Notes: generated by a model from the letters alone, not told the origin. Counted from the first letter of the stretch, positions 1-11,105 are shown. The stretch is 36,411 nucleotides of DNA from Spongospora subterranea f. sp. subterranea (GCA_049724395.1 JAUGWO010000075.1:62001-98411), one strand, 5' to 3'. A program made the numbers and translations.

Positions 1-80
1 CGATGAGCCTTCCATTGGCAGACAACGGTCTTGTGACAAGGTTGAGCTGATAAAGTTTAATAAAATAGGATTATACTACA

Positions 81-1827
81 TCACGATTGTAACTGTGCTC
101 GAACTGACTCATATGCGAAAAACCCTGCAGCATTGGCGGGAAATGCCCTGGCGGCACATGGTGAGAACCCTTTCCAAAGGCCTATCATTCCCTCGGACTG
201 TACGACATGTTTCCATGCGTTCAAAAACCCTCCATCAGGAATCCAGCGATGCCTTTGAAATCTTCCTTCGCTGCTCACCTGCAAAATTGACTTGACCAAG
301 TCCTGCACATAACACATCAAAGACGACAAGAGCAAATTCCGATTCCGTTAACTGAAAAACAATGAAAACAGTGAATGAAAAATTATTGCAATAGTGGGCA
401 CATGATAGGCCAAACGCTTTGCAAGATAGGATTGAAAAAAAATGTTCAGGTTTGAGCAGCTCAAAATCTTGGAGACTGCACACGCAACAACAGATTTTCA
501 AATACAAAGGTCCCACCTCTGCGAAACATCAACTGTGTAAAAAAGTGTGACCTGTGGATACGAGACAATCCAGCACGCAATTCCGGCTAAGCCACCGATT
601 AACAATTGTTCTCCAATCCCGAGTGCCTCTCGTTCCGGACCGGCTAAATATTGTTTCAAATTTTCATACGTGTAGAACTGTTGGTAATATTAATCCTATA
701 TTATGCACAGCAACTCCAATAAAAACATACTTGAGCCGCATAGCATGGTACTTCGCGAACAATTGTCTATGGGACGGTTTAGCAAGAGTTTAAAAAGATC
801 CTATCGCAGAATGAAATCCAATTTGTTAAATTGAAACTACATCAACATCAAAACCAGCATAAAGTATCAGGTCAAAACCAACGTAAAGTAAGCATGTCGA
901 AATAATCGACCAGGATCCTAATCGTACGATCACTGTGTCTGGGAAAGGTCTAGTAACAAAAAAACGAAAATGAGGAAAACGAATCAAACAATTGATGAGG
1001 TCATGCACAATATCGATAACATGCCGTAAGTGGTGGAGAGCGTATTCTATGTTCGGCCGTTAACTCATAAGTTAACGACGTAAATTGTCAATGGATCAAA
1101 ATTGGTATAAATGTCGTTCTTACCGCTGACATTCCCTGGAAAATTCCTCTGACGCCGTCAGTGGCTAAAATCCTTCTGACACAGTCCACAGGGCCTTGGT
1201 ACAATCCAATCCCGCCCATCTGTACTTGTAGACGACATTTTACAAGTTCAATCGGGGATGCAACCGCTAAGAACAGGGGATTTAGGTGGAGTGTGCATTA
1301 TTGGATGTGTCGTTCCAACTTGAGTTGACCAACCCGGCAATGGCGCCAGCCGAGGCGGATTCTGTCGGCGAAAGATCCCTGACGGAGCCGTTCAGAATGG
1401 CAGTTCGCGCCTGGCCAAATGAAGCGAATACTATAGCGTTGAGAAGAGGGACAGCGAGCATTGGCGCTCCCATTCCTATTTGGCAACATCATGTCAAACC
1501 TAGAGAGCTCACTTGACTGCGACTTGCACCTTTATACAAACTGAAAACGCCCTAATAGGAATCAGAAAGGAAACTGTACAGCCTTTCAAACTAACCTCAC
1601 TCATGATTACATCCGCAAATCGCTTCAACACGGAACGGGCGCTGGAGGTTGGTGCGACCTGCATTCGAACCTGGCATTATAATATTAGACCCGAACGGCG
1701 GCGGCGGCAAAGGTTATGCCTTCATCAGGTCGAAAGGATGCCCGACGACGAGGATCGCAAATCCGGCAGCGGTCCCCGCGAGAAGTTCCTGAGTCATTGA
1801 CGGATTGGATTGAGGTTGAGAGGTCAT
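81..1827 (-). CDS. Mitochondrial carrier (SLC25 family; carnitine/acylcarnitine or basic amino-acid carrier-like, SLC25A20/29/45 group), multi-exon
   Basis: Manually spliced exons give three carrier signatures Px[DE]xx[KR]: GHPFDLMK|VRMQ, SPIELVKCRLQVQ and SYPQ|DLVKSILQ. Also LYKGMGAPMLAVPLLNAIVF, TIVREVPCYAAQFYTYE and WKGFSPCAARAFPANAAGFFAYE. ATG at 1827, TGA at 81-83. Confidence 0.9.
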
Positions 1828-2827
1828 GGGGTCCATGACCAAAGACAATGATGCCTAATCGGTCTGAAGCCGATCGATGTGGCCAAACTGGCAATTGGCC
1901 ACAGCACAATACAAGAATGGAACAGTGGGCGGGGCCTTATCACCTTATGACAATGGCCACACCCACACCAATTCAACCCAAACTCACAGTTGATCCACCG
2001 CACCATGTCTCGGTGTTTTCGGTTACAATTCTTGGTGAAAAAGATGAATGGTTGATCTGGTCCGTTTTTCCGATAGATGGTGACTCTATCAAACACTTCC
2101 CCTGTTTAAATTACTTTGAACATCGATGTTCCTGCGATGCCGTCGATGTTGTTTCCAAACCGTGACAGAAATCTCGTTTCCTGAGAGAAAAAGTTGCACA
2201 GAGTCAGTGGGGAATGCTATTCCTCTTCAACTCAACGCTGAGGATAAGAGAAACAAAAATAAAGTCGATTTTCGCCAAACGACCGTTGCGACCCAGCGGT
2301 ACGCAATTTTTGTTTTTGTAGACAGCGTGATCTGTTTTCTGTCATTTCATCGGTCCATGACATCCGCGGATGCATTCTGACACCATAAAGCTTAACAAGA
2401 CTCGCCATTCGTCGCCAAAACAAGACTTTGTTTGTGTGCCCCAAGGTCTGGTGCCTGTCACCATACCTTCGCCAGCATAATTTGCTACTCGATCGAGGAA
2501 AGAATTCCTGGCCTTCGACCACTGGGGTCACTTGCCGGCGTACAATTTCGCTAAACCGTCAGTTTCCAGCTTGGCGTGGCTTGAGAACCGCTCTCCAAGA
2601 TAGAAACTCTTGACGAATGGCACTGGTTGCATCTTACTTTCAGGCCATGATTCGCCATCAGTTGATCATCAGCCAGGGGCCAAGCGCCGACAAGCCGAGG
2701 CCAAATCCTGTCGATATCGTCGCAGAAAACTCGTTTTGTACATAAAAATAGGAATACAATTCTTTGTATAAAAACAAAGGGCAATAATAGATAATATTTC
2801 AAGGAGAGTATGGGGGAAGCACGATGA

Positions 2828-4664
2828 TCAAGGTTTGAGAACGAGATATTTGACGCCAGGACGGTTGGGATCGGCCTGATAAGTGCATATTCGTTGAACA
2901 ATAGCGAACAATTCCTTGCGGGCAGAGGCACCCTTGTATTTCCATGTGTCTTCCATAATGCGCGCCAGGCTCTTGACAGTCAACCGACCATGAGTCCGGA
3001 ATTGCTCCCTAACATCCTCTTCCGTGACAAATGCTAAAAACAAGAAAGTATGTGTCACTAGATGCATATAAGTCCGACAGGCATAATGCGACAATGAGCA
3101 ATACATACGAAACAATGTTGTTGAAGAGCAAGAAAACGTTTAGGTTTGAGCTGAATAAATAAATCGGGGTTGAAACCAGTGATCAAACGAAAGCTAAAAT
3201 ATAATGAATTCTATAGCTGGAAGTGGAAATAAAAAAATGCTAGAGATGGCAGTATATCTTTTTACCGTCAACCGGTTTGGCAGAAGGAGGGACAGAACTG
3301 ACGCTGGAGCATACACGTTTCGCCACTGAGATTTCAACGGCCGCCTCGGCAGTGCGTTTCCGCGAAGACGGGACCTCGGTTGGTGAAGGATTATCGTCAG
3401 CGACGTCTTCGTCGCTATCTGAGGCCAGCATTTCGTCTTCTTCGGACCCCGAGAACTCATCTAAATCCTCAGATTTCGACAAGATTTGAGCAATTTTCTG
3501 GAGCGAAAAGTCCATATTAGTTCGTTTCCCGCACCTGATTGAGCAAACCAAGTTGTAATTTCAAAAAACTGTTTAAAATCTTGGCTGAAAGAAGAACAAT
3601 GGTATAACCCGAAGGTGTACGTTGCTCCTTGTGGAACAAACAGTGACATCAAAATTGTCATCATAATTCCATCTGACATTTAGGCTTGACGGAAACAGCT
3701 TGCAATCATACAAAAGTAATTTCATGAATGCACATCAAGATTCAGAACATGAGTATAATATCGATTTCAACATTAAATAATACTGATTACCTTCCCAGCA
3801 GCAGTCAAATCTTCATCCTGGTCTGCTTGATCCGGGTTCTACAGCAAGGAGCTCAAATTACAAGTACCAGCGTGGGCACTAACATGCACCTGCGTATCGT
3901 TTGTTGTATCAACAGTGATCTTGACTTCGTCATCGTCATCAAACTCGTCTTCGAAGTCAAGGTCACGATCCTCATCGCCCAGACCAAATTCATGTTGCGC
4001 CTGGCGAACAGTTTTTTGGCGCGGAACCCGCACAGCCGGGGCTTGATCGTCATCGGTTTTGTCATTTCTACGACAAATGTTAACTGGTTCATAACAGCAG
4101 TATCAAGAATAAGTGGACAAAATACAATGCATCAAACGTAAAAAAACAGTAAATAATCGAGTCAGAAACTCGAAAACCGAATGATGAAATGCACGTACTT
4201 CATGAGAAAATTACTGATGCGAGAGCGGGAGCGCTGCATCCTCGCCATGGCAGAATCATGACGTAGCTGTTCGGCTTTTTCTGCTTCTTCAACGGCAGAT
4301 GGATCGGCTGATTTTGTTTCCAAATTGGCTTTAAACAGCTCTACTTCTGTATAAAAGATAGCGCGACCTTTCTGCTGAAACACGACGTATTTCGAGCGAG
4401 TTTGCACATTTTCCGGCTGAGCACGATACACTCGCTTGTGTTTTCTATCATTTAGAATAAAATTCTTGACTTTTTTCCCGTTGGAGCGACGCGCCATCGA
4501 ATCGACTGAGGCACCAGCGACGGTTGTGCCCTTCATGGAGACAGATATGCCGGGCTCCATGCGTACGATCGCCAGTCTAAGCCAAATGTCACAATGGGGT
4601 GTCCAAACGCGTGTAAGACTCACTGGGTTTCGGACGAATTGCGATATATTGGTATTGATGACAT
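2828..4664 (-). CDS. GTF2F1: General transcription factor TFIIF large subunit (RAP74/Tfg1), 6 exons
   Basis: N-terminal block YRAQPENVQTRSKYVVFQQKG...SAVEEAEKAEQLR, acidic motif DRDLDFEDEFDDDDE, DLTAAGK|KIAQIL, and a C-terminal winged-helix-like segment VTEEDVREQFRTHGRLTVKSL...VQRIC...KYLVLKP. Exons join in frame at canonical GT-AG sites; the first exon MSSIPIYRNSSETQ starts at the ATG at 4664. Confidence 0.8.
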
Positions 4665-4700
4665 GGTCTGACAATGATGATGATAGATAAAGAGCACCTG

Positions 4701-4917
4701 ACGAATGGGTCCTTGAGAATACAGAACATCACCTATTGTACACTATAGAAAGGGGCCGTCAGGATACATTACCTACCGGTCATGGGAGTGTATCTATACG
4801 AATGGGTCAGTAGTGTACATTGTACACACGGTCATAAGAGTGCTGAGTGTATCTATACGAATGGGTCCGTGAGGAGACATTACCTAGGGTAGGTCATGGG
4901 AGTGTACCTATACGATG
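4701..4917. repeat. Degenerate tandem array, ~52-60 bp period, about 4 partial units
   Basis: ACGAATGGGTC recurs at 4701, 4798 and 4857. GGTCAT(GG/AA)GAGTG..TATACGA recurs at ~4778, ~4830 and ~4892. CCGT(C/G)AGGA(T/G)ACATTACCTA recurs at ~4756 and ~4867. Confidence 0.8.
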
Positions 4918-5268
4918 AACGATGAATAGGGGATAAACCCGTATGCTCGGCCATACCTACCTACACCGGTTACAGTATTTTGTAGGAGTAGTTATAACCT
5001 GAATAGTGAGGGATGATGGCTGATTTTCGATACGGCTGCCCATGTTTTCCACGCTGTTTTTTAAAAAGTTGGTGTTCAACCTAAAAAAAATGGTTGTTTT
5101 CAAAATTGGTGACACTGAGGTTTAACCAAGGGCTGCGGTCGTGGTCAAATTCGCGTCTCGCGTTAACGCCGCCGTACATACGGAGTTTTACCGTGAAAGT
5201 GCCGGAATACCTTGAGCGGTGAGGATGCTCTAAAATGTCTGCGTTCTACGAAGTGACCTATGCCAGCG

Positions 5269-5575
5269 GCAAAACTCCAAATTTCGAACGGTTTCCCCTC
5301 GAAGAAGTGCATAGTGAGACATAAAAAAAGCACATAGGTTCCCAAGATGTTGCCCGTGGTCTCTGCTTTTACCCCAAAAATGTTTTGCGATGTCGACAAT
5401 CTGGTCGATAATCGTGTGTCCATCAATAAGGGTTCCTATACCAGATTGTCGACGTCGCAACACATTTTTGGGGTAAAAGCAGAGACCACGGGCAACATCT
5501 TCGGAACCTATGTGCTTTTTTTATGTCTCACTATGCACTTCTTCGAGGGAAAACCGTTCGAAATTTGGAGTTTGC
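5269..5575. repeat. Long inverted repeat (hairpin): ~136-bp arms 5269-5405 and 5440-5575, 34-nt loop, made of recombinase coding sequence
   Basis: The arms are reverse complements with 4 substitutions and 1 single-base indel. The peptide HFWGKSRDHGQHL.NLCAFFMSHYALLRG.TVRNLEF is encoded on both strands. Confidence 0.97.
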
Positions 5576-6948
5576 GAATATGCATTCAGTACAGTTAGAG
5601 AAGGAAGGGTTCTTTATTTGCTATGCATTGGTTTTAGTTTTTCGTCAGGGCAAAACAAACCAATTTGGGCGCAACGATTTTGGGGCTTTCGTTCGCAACA
5701 AAGACGTTCGGATCTGTCCTTGGGGTGCTCTCGGGTTTTATTTGTTTTGGCGGTTTCACGTCGAAAATGAGCCATTTCCCGTTTTCACTACGAGCGAAGA
5801 CTGGTTCAATCTGAAGCTTCTCAAGAGTGGACAAAATCCTAGAACTCCTCTCGACTACAAGACTCATAAGGAATCAATTGATTCTGCGTTCCGGTCTGTT
5901 GGATTGAATACCAAAGCCAAGACTCACGCTGCCCGAGGTTCCGGAGCAAGGATGGCTGTAGGTGGCGCATCCGAAGATCAGATTCGTCGTCTCGGAAGGT
6001 GGAACAATCAGGCGATGGAAAACTGCTACCTAATTATCTGCCTCGAGAAGCCATCAGAACTCTGGCTGGATTTTCTCCCGCGCAAGGAAACTTTTATCTC
6101 CAGCGTGTCGCAATTAAACCTTCTGAAGCGCTGAAACTGATGCTCTTTCCTATGGTTGAGACTTGTCTGAACCGGATTGTTACCGGGGAATATTGTCAGA
6201 CTATTGCGGCAAAGGGATTCCTTCAAAGACTCAGGACCGTGATTTTGCAGGATTCGGTATTTTATGAGATCGAAGTATCCTGAGCATCCTTTACGGAGTG
6301 CTAATATATTCTCTTGTGATATCTATCGTAATTTCTCCCGCGATTTACTCACAGCAGTCAGCAAAGCTTGTGACCCGACGGAAAATCGGCTACAACAAGT
6401 GATGCCAGCACTGTCTAAAAAGGTTGATGCAGTCCATCAAGATCTGAAGACAACAATCACAGCAACAATCGATCCGATATCACGCAGTCTATCTTCATTG
6501 CGGGAGAATTTAGGGGATTTACTCTCTGGCAGGGTGCCGGTCACAATCAATGCTCAATGGCAAGAATCGCGGGATGAAAGTCGTCCAACGGAGCCATGTG
6601 ATGTCGGTCATCCGGTCATGCAAGGCGAATGTGATGGTGCCAACCCAGTTCCGTACAAAATGAGCAGGGGGATCCATTCTGTGGTGGACCTAGTGGTCTG
6701 AGGGACTAGGTGGAGGTCCAGCAGTCAGGGATTTGGAAAGGAGATGGGGATCAAAATGGTGCCACGGTTGCGATTGAAGGTTCTTTAATCGCCGGAGAAC
6801 AGTGATTGATGCAATTATTGATATGGCGCGGTCCTTTGGTAGTGGTGTGACGCCAGAAAACTGTCTTGTCGCAGCTGAAATACTGGAAGATAGTCGAAAC
6901 ACCGATGGGAAATCGCTTGACTGGCTATCCAAGCACATTAAACAATAG
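5440..6948 (+). pseudogene. Crypton tyrosine recombinase (NDC10 domain II-like) fused to GCR1_C DNA-binding domain; 5'-truncated and frameshifted
   Basis: YR motifs LLRG, GKTNQFGR...RNKDVRICPWGALGFYLFWRF and KTHAARGSGARMA..GASEDQIRRLGRWNNQAMENCYL, then LPREAIRTLAGF and LRTVILQDS. GCR1_C-like YKMSRGIHSVVDL..W.EGLGGGPAVRDLERRWGSKW...FFNRRRTVIDAI. Frameshifts near 6033, 6262 and 6692; in-frame TGA at 6775; final TAG at 6946-6948 followed by AATAAA at 6961. Confidence 0.9.
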
Positions 6949-8176
6949 TCCTTAAGCAATAATAAACGGAGGTGTTACGTTCTCCATCTGTTGGTTTCTT
7001 CACCTTCGAGCTGAGACTCAGACTATCCAGAAAACCGCGAAAGATTGTTGATGCGACGTTCCATTGTTTGTTCATCGAACAAATCTGCTGCGCGTGAATG
7101 TTGTTTCAAACTGCAGAAGTTAACATCGGTATTGGAGCTGATTCAGCTTCATTCGATACACTCAGATCAATCATGTTGATCATCAAAGAAGGCGTTTTGT
7201 AGAAAATTTTCACTGTGGTTTAACACTGGTTTAACACGTTGTCATCGCGTATGTACACCCAGATGTACATATGCAATTTGTTGCGTAACTTTTAGTTATT
7301 CAGTGGGCTGGGACCGAAAACAGCGTAGGTCCCCCCATACTACAGAGAGGGAGATAGACCCTCTGTTCGGAAATAAAGGTCTCACGCACCTTTTTTTGAT
7401 GTTCGGAAATACTCCTATATAGGAGAGGAGTAGAGGAGTAACCTAAATGTGGATGGATAATATTGTCATATACGGTAACCGGTGTAGTTCTTGTACAAAT
7501 CACACTCCAAATTGCCGGTCCAGGCAAATGGGCATTTGTTCTCAATTATTGTATTACAAGCTCCCATGAGCAGCGTCCCACCCTACATTGGCTGAGTTTG
7601 AGCGCGACAATATCATCCAACTTACCGCATGTAAAAAAACTCCAGAACCGTTCTTGTGTTCTACTAATCGACCTTGTTAACTACTGGTACTTTGAACTCT
7701 CCTAACAAAACACTTCTCTTCTTCTCTTTCTTCATCTCTCCTCTCGCTATTCCGTTCTGGCCACTGTCGACCGAGCGGCAGCACAAAATCTTTTGTAGCT
7801 AATTGTTGCAAACAATTGTGGTACTCGACAACATCAACTCTTTTTTTAATCAATGACACGTTGATGCACACAACCGGCCCGCCCGGAATCTACAGCGTCC
7901 TCGATTTTCACGGCGATCATAGCGCCTTTATCGTAACTGTTATCCAAAATCAGTTGGGTGGTGTTGGATTCATCCCCAAAAACCAGTTTTGCTGAGTCCC
8001 GTGTTGTTCAATATGCCAACCCGTTTCACTCACATTATCTCAACAATTTCATTGAATGTGATAGGATTTACTGGTTCAACAGGATCAGAAGCCTCATGCT
8101 TATTCGCCAATCCACAAAGACGTCATGTTAAACGATCACAAATAATATTAAACTTGATTATGTATTGGCAGCACGA

Positions 8177-10482
8177 CTATTGACGGCTGTTCATCACCGA
8201 ACGCGCCATTGCCTCCATCTGCTCCTCGCCTAACACGCGATCCTCGTCGGATACACTCTCCTCCTCGTCATCGCCTTCCTCGTCGTCATCGCTTTCATCA
8301 TGGTCGTACTCGATCTTTCGTCGTTGCCGTAATTTCCTTTTGGACGCTTTGTGCATCTGTTTGACCCTAAGCTGATCAGCGTTCTTATCGCATTCGGTAT
8401 CGGCCTGGGCCAGTACGATCTTCAACTGATTGCCGTATTCTGCAATCATATCCTCATCGATTATCGCATCCGCATTCGACGGATTCATCTTCTTCTGGCG
8501 CTTCTCTGTCGTCTCGTCCTGCCTTCCGCCAATCGTAAGGAAATCCTCCTCATCGTCCTCCTCATCCTCATTATCGGCTCGTAATCTAGTACGAGATTCG
8601 TGATAGATTGTGGCGTTTTTCCGTTTCAATAGGCGGGAGATCTTATCGTCTTCACCGGTCTTGGCTTTATCGCCTTGAACAATGTCCCGTAAACTCATGG
8701 ACATGTTCTTGAGGTCATGACGCGATCCTGATCCAAACCCAGCGAATGTGATCTTCGGGGTTCCAACCAGACCCATGGACAGCGCCAGCTTGCCAGCGTC
8801 AATATTCTCCAATCGAAATACGTCCTTATTGGCGGCCAAATGTAGAGTGCGACAATAACTGACAAAGGCGGCTTGAGCCGTATATTTCAGGTCAGGTAAT
8901 TGAGCAAGAAGGGACCTTAACCGCCCGTTAACAATATCGCTACGCATTTGAGATGGGTTCGCTTTAACACGCTTCAGTTCAACCCGTTTCGATCGCAGCA
9001 AGTCCAACATTGCGGTTTCCCCTGGCAGCAGCATAAGCAGAGCTCGCCCAGCACTTCGGAATCGCGCTGTCCGGCCAACGCGGTGGATATACGTCTCTGG
9101 TGTGTCCGGACAATCAACCTGGATTACCCACGAAACCGATGTGAAATCAAGGCCTCGCGCCGCCAAATCCGTGGCGAACATCACTCCATGCGTGGCCTTG
9201 GTAAAATCGTTGAAAACGGCCAAGCGTTGGGTCTGGGTCATTCCTCCATGCAGTTGGTAGAAACCAGGAGTGTAGTGCTGTTGGCGGTGACGACCGGACC
9301 GATGACCACGTTGCGGATTGCTCGTAGTCGCCGGTTTTGCAATCGACGCTGCTGGAACAATCCTGCGGAAGATCTCGTACATAAATCTGACCTGTGATAC
9401 ACCGAACAATGAGGACTATAAACAACAAACACGCTCATAACGTGATTGGCACTAACCTGCTTGCGGCTGGCGACAAACAGTAGAACCTTATCACTGGTGT
9501 GGGTCGTCATGAACGAATATAGAACATCGAGTTTCTGGTCGGCAGACACGATTGTATACGATTGCGCCAGCTTTGGCGGTGTCACAGCAGAATCATTCGC
9601 CGGATCGTGAACAGCGACGTACTCTGGATCAACCAATGAACACCGCGCCAATGCTGTCACCGACGTCGTCTGCGTCGCTGAAAACAACATGGTTTGACGG
9701 CTACTGGGCAGGTACGAAATGATGGCGTCCAGGGCGGCGCGAAATCCCAGGTCCAAACAACGGTCGGCCTCGTCTAGAACCAGAATCTGGATCGAATCGG
9801 CGGTGAAACCAGGCGTATGTTCGAGGTGGTGCTGGAGACGACCAGGTGTTCCGATCACGATGTTCATTCCCGAAATGTAAGCCGATTCGCCATCAAAGTC
9901 CTTGCCACCGATTACTAAACCTGAGTGAAAACAAATTTTAGAAAGAAACAAACGCAGCGGCAAACAACAAATGACATTTTAGAATATGGGGAACGATGAA
10001 ATAAAGGCGAAAACATGTCAGGTACCGGCTGAAAACTGATGTGATCCACCAATATTGCGCAACACCTCAAATATCTGAAGAGCTAATTCTCGTGTTGGGC
10101 TGATAATCATAGCGACCATTCCATCGTCTGTATTCACTCCAAGATGGTATAATCGCTCCAGAACCGGTACAAGGAACGCCAGAGTCTTCCCCTGGCCAGT
10201 ACGGGCAGCCGCTAATAGGTCGCGCCCGACTAATGCATGAGGAATAGCGGCCCTTTGGATGGCGGTCATTCTCTTAAACGATTGCGAGGCCAAACCGGTC
10301 AACGTTGCCGGTGATAATGGTAGCGCCATGAAGTTTTTGGCCGCTCCGGGTGCCATACTGGCGGCAGTACCTGACCCAGCTGGTGGAGCACATTTTAATA
10401 CAGCTTCCTTTAATGAAACGCCAGACAAGCTCGGATTTATCCCTTGATGGAATTTCCGCTTAGATGACGTTTTCTTCTTCAT
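8177..10482 (-). CDS. DDX10: ATP-dependent DEAD-box RNA helicase DBP4/DDX10 (ribosome biogenesis), 3 exons
   Basis: Q motif [79 protein letters not shown], and a C-terminal AQAAFVSY...NKDVF typical of the DBP4 group. Introns 9921-10025 and 9392-9456 are GT-AG. Confidence 0.93.
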
Positions 10483-10565
10483 GTTTCGATGACGACTGAA
10501 GTCCGCAGCGGGATCCGTCACGGACTTGGTCAATTTTTCGATCGATCCAACGACGACGGTCGACA

Positions 10566-10964
10566 ATGGATCTGGCGCTCCTGACTGAGTGCATCGATGA
10601 GTTACACGCCGATAAGTTGGAGCGCCAGGAGCAGCGGATCTGTGATGCTATCGAGCAAGTTTGCGTATCGTCGGATCCATTCGCTATTTTACCATCGCAA
10701 CGTGGCGCTAGCGTAGATTTACATTCAGCGATTGTGGAACATTACCGTGATCGGCATCATATACAGAAACAAATTCAGAAGCAGACGCGGCGACGCAAGA
10801 CAGAGAGGAAGCAGCTGGCAAAGGGTAAGGCGACAGCGTATCACGATAAACTGGAGCTGCGACACGGCCCTAACCACTCCAGACGTGCTGGCCCATCGGG
10901 TGCCATGCGTGGTGGCGCCTCCAATCGTAGAGCAAGGGGTAGAGGGCGTGGTACAGGGCAATAA
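10566..10964 (+). CDS. Small basic protein with RG-rich tail, possibly Alb1/Ecm1-like ribosome biogenesis factor
   Basis: Clean intronless 132-aa ORF with coding-like GC content followed by an AT-rich tail. The segment [23 protein letters not shown] resembles the Alb1-type basic helix; the family assignment is weak. Confidence 0.6.
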   Translation: MDLALLTECIDELHADKLERQEQRICDAIEQVCVSSDPFAILPSQRGASVDLHSAIVEHYRDRHHIQKQIQKQTRRRKTERKQLAKGKATAYHDKLELRHGPNHSRRAGPSGAMRGGASNRRARGRGRGTGQ

Positions 10965-11105
10965 TTCAATTTTACCCAATATATATATATAATCTATGGC
11001 AGTAAATGGTCATCAAAAGTCAAATACCTACAGTAGAACCCATCCCAATAATCATACACTATTCCATTGCTGTATTGGAAAAAAGACCCATTCCCGCTAG
11101 TGTCG

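Larger units (their letters stand above)
4961..7487 (+). mobile_element. Decayed Crypton-type (tyrosine recombinase) DNA transposon; ends inferred from an 18-bp inverted repeat
   Basis: Contains a YR plus GCR1_C pseudogene. CTACACCGGTTACAGTAT (4961-4978) and ATACGGTAACCGGTGTAG (7470-7487) are reverse complements with 1 mismatch. The boundaries are inferred. Confidence 0.7.

Noticed and set aside
3500..3790. Intronic C/D-box snoRNA in TFIIF alpha
   Set aside because: An ATGATGA box C-like motif is present on the sense strand, but no suitably placed CTGA box D or terminal stem.
4701..4917. CRISPR-like repeat-spacer array
   Set aside because: The repeats are degenerate, the intervening parts resemble each other, and spacing is irregular.
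5163..5463. Minus-strand ORFs as a second recombinase gene
   Set aside because: They are only the inverted arm of the hairpin; homology stops at ~5269.
7490..8000. Possible further pseudogene or transposon fragment on the minus strand
   Set aside because: Only short interrupted frames with no convincing motif; cannot be supported without a search.
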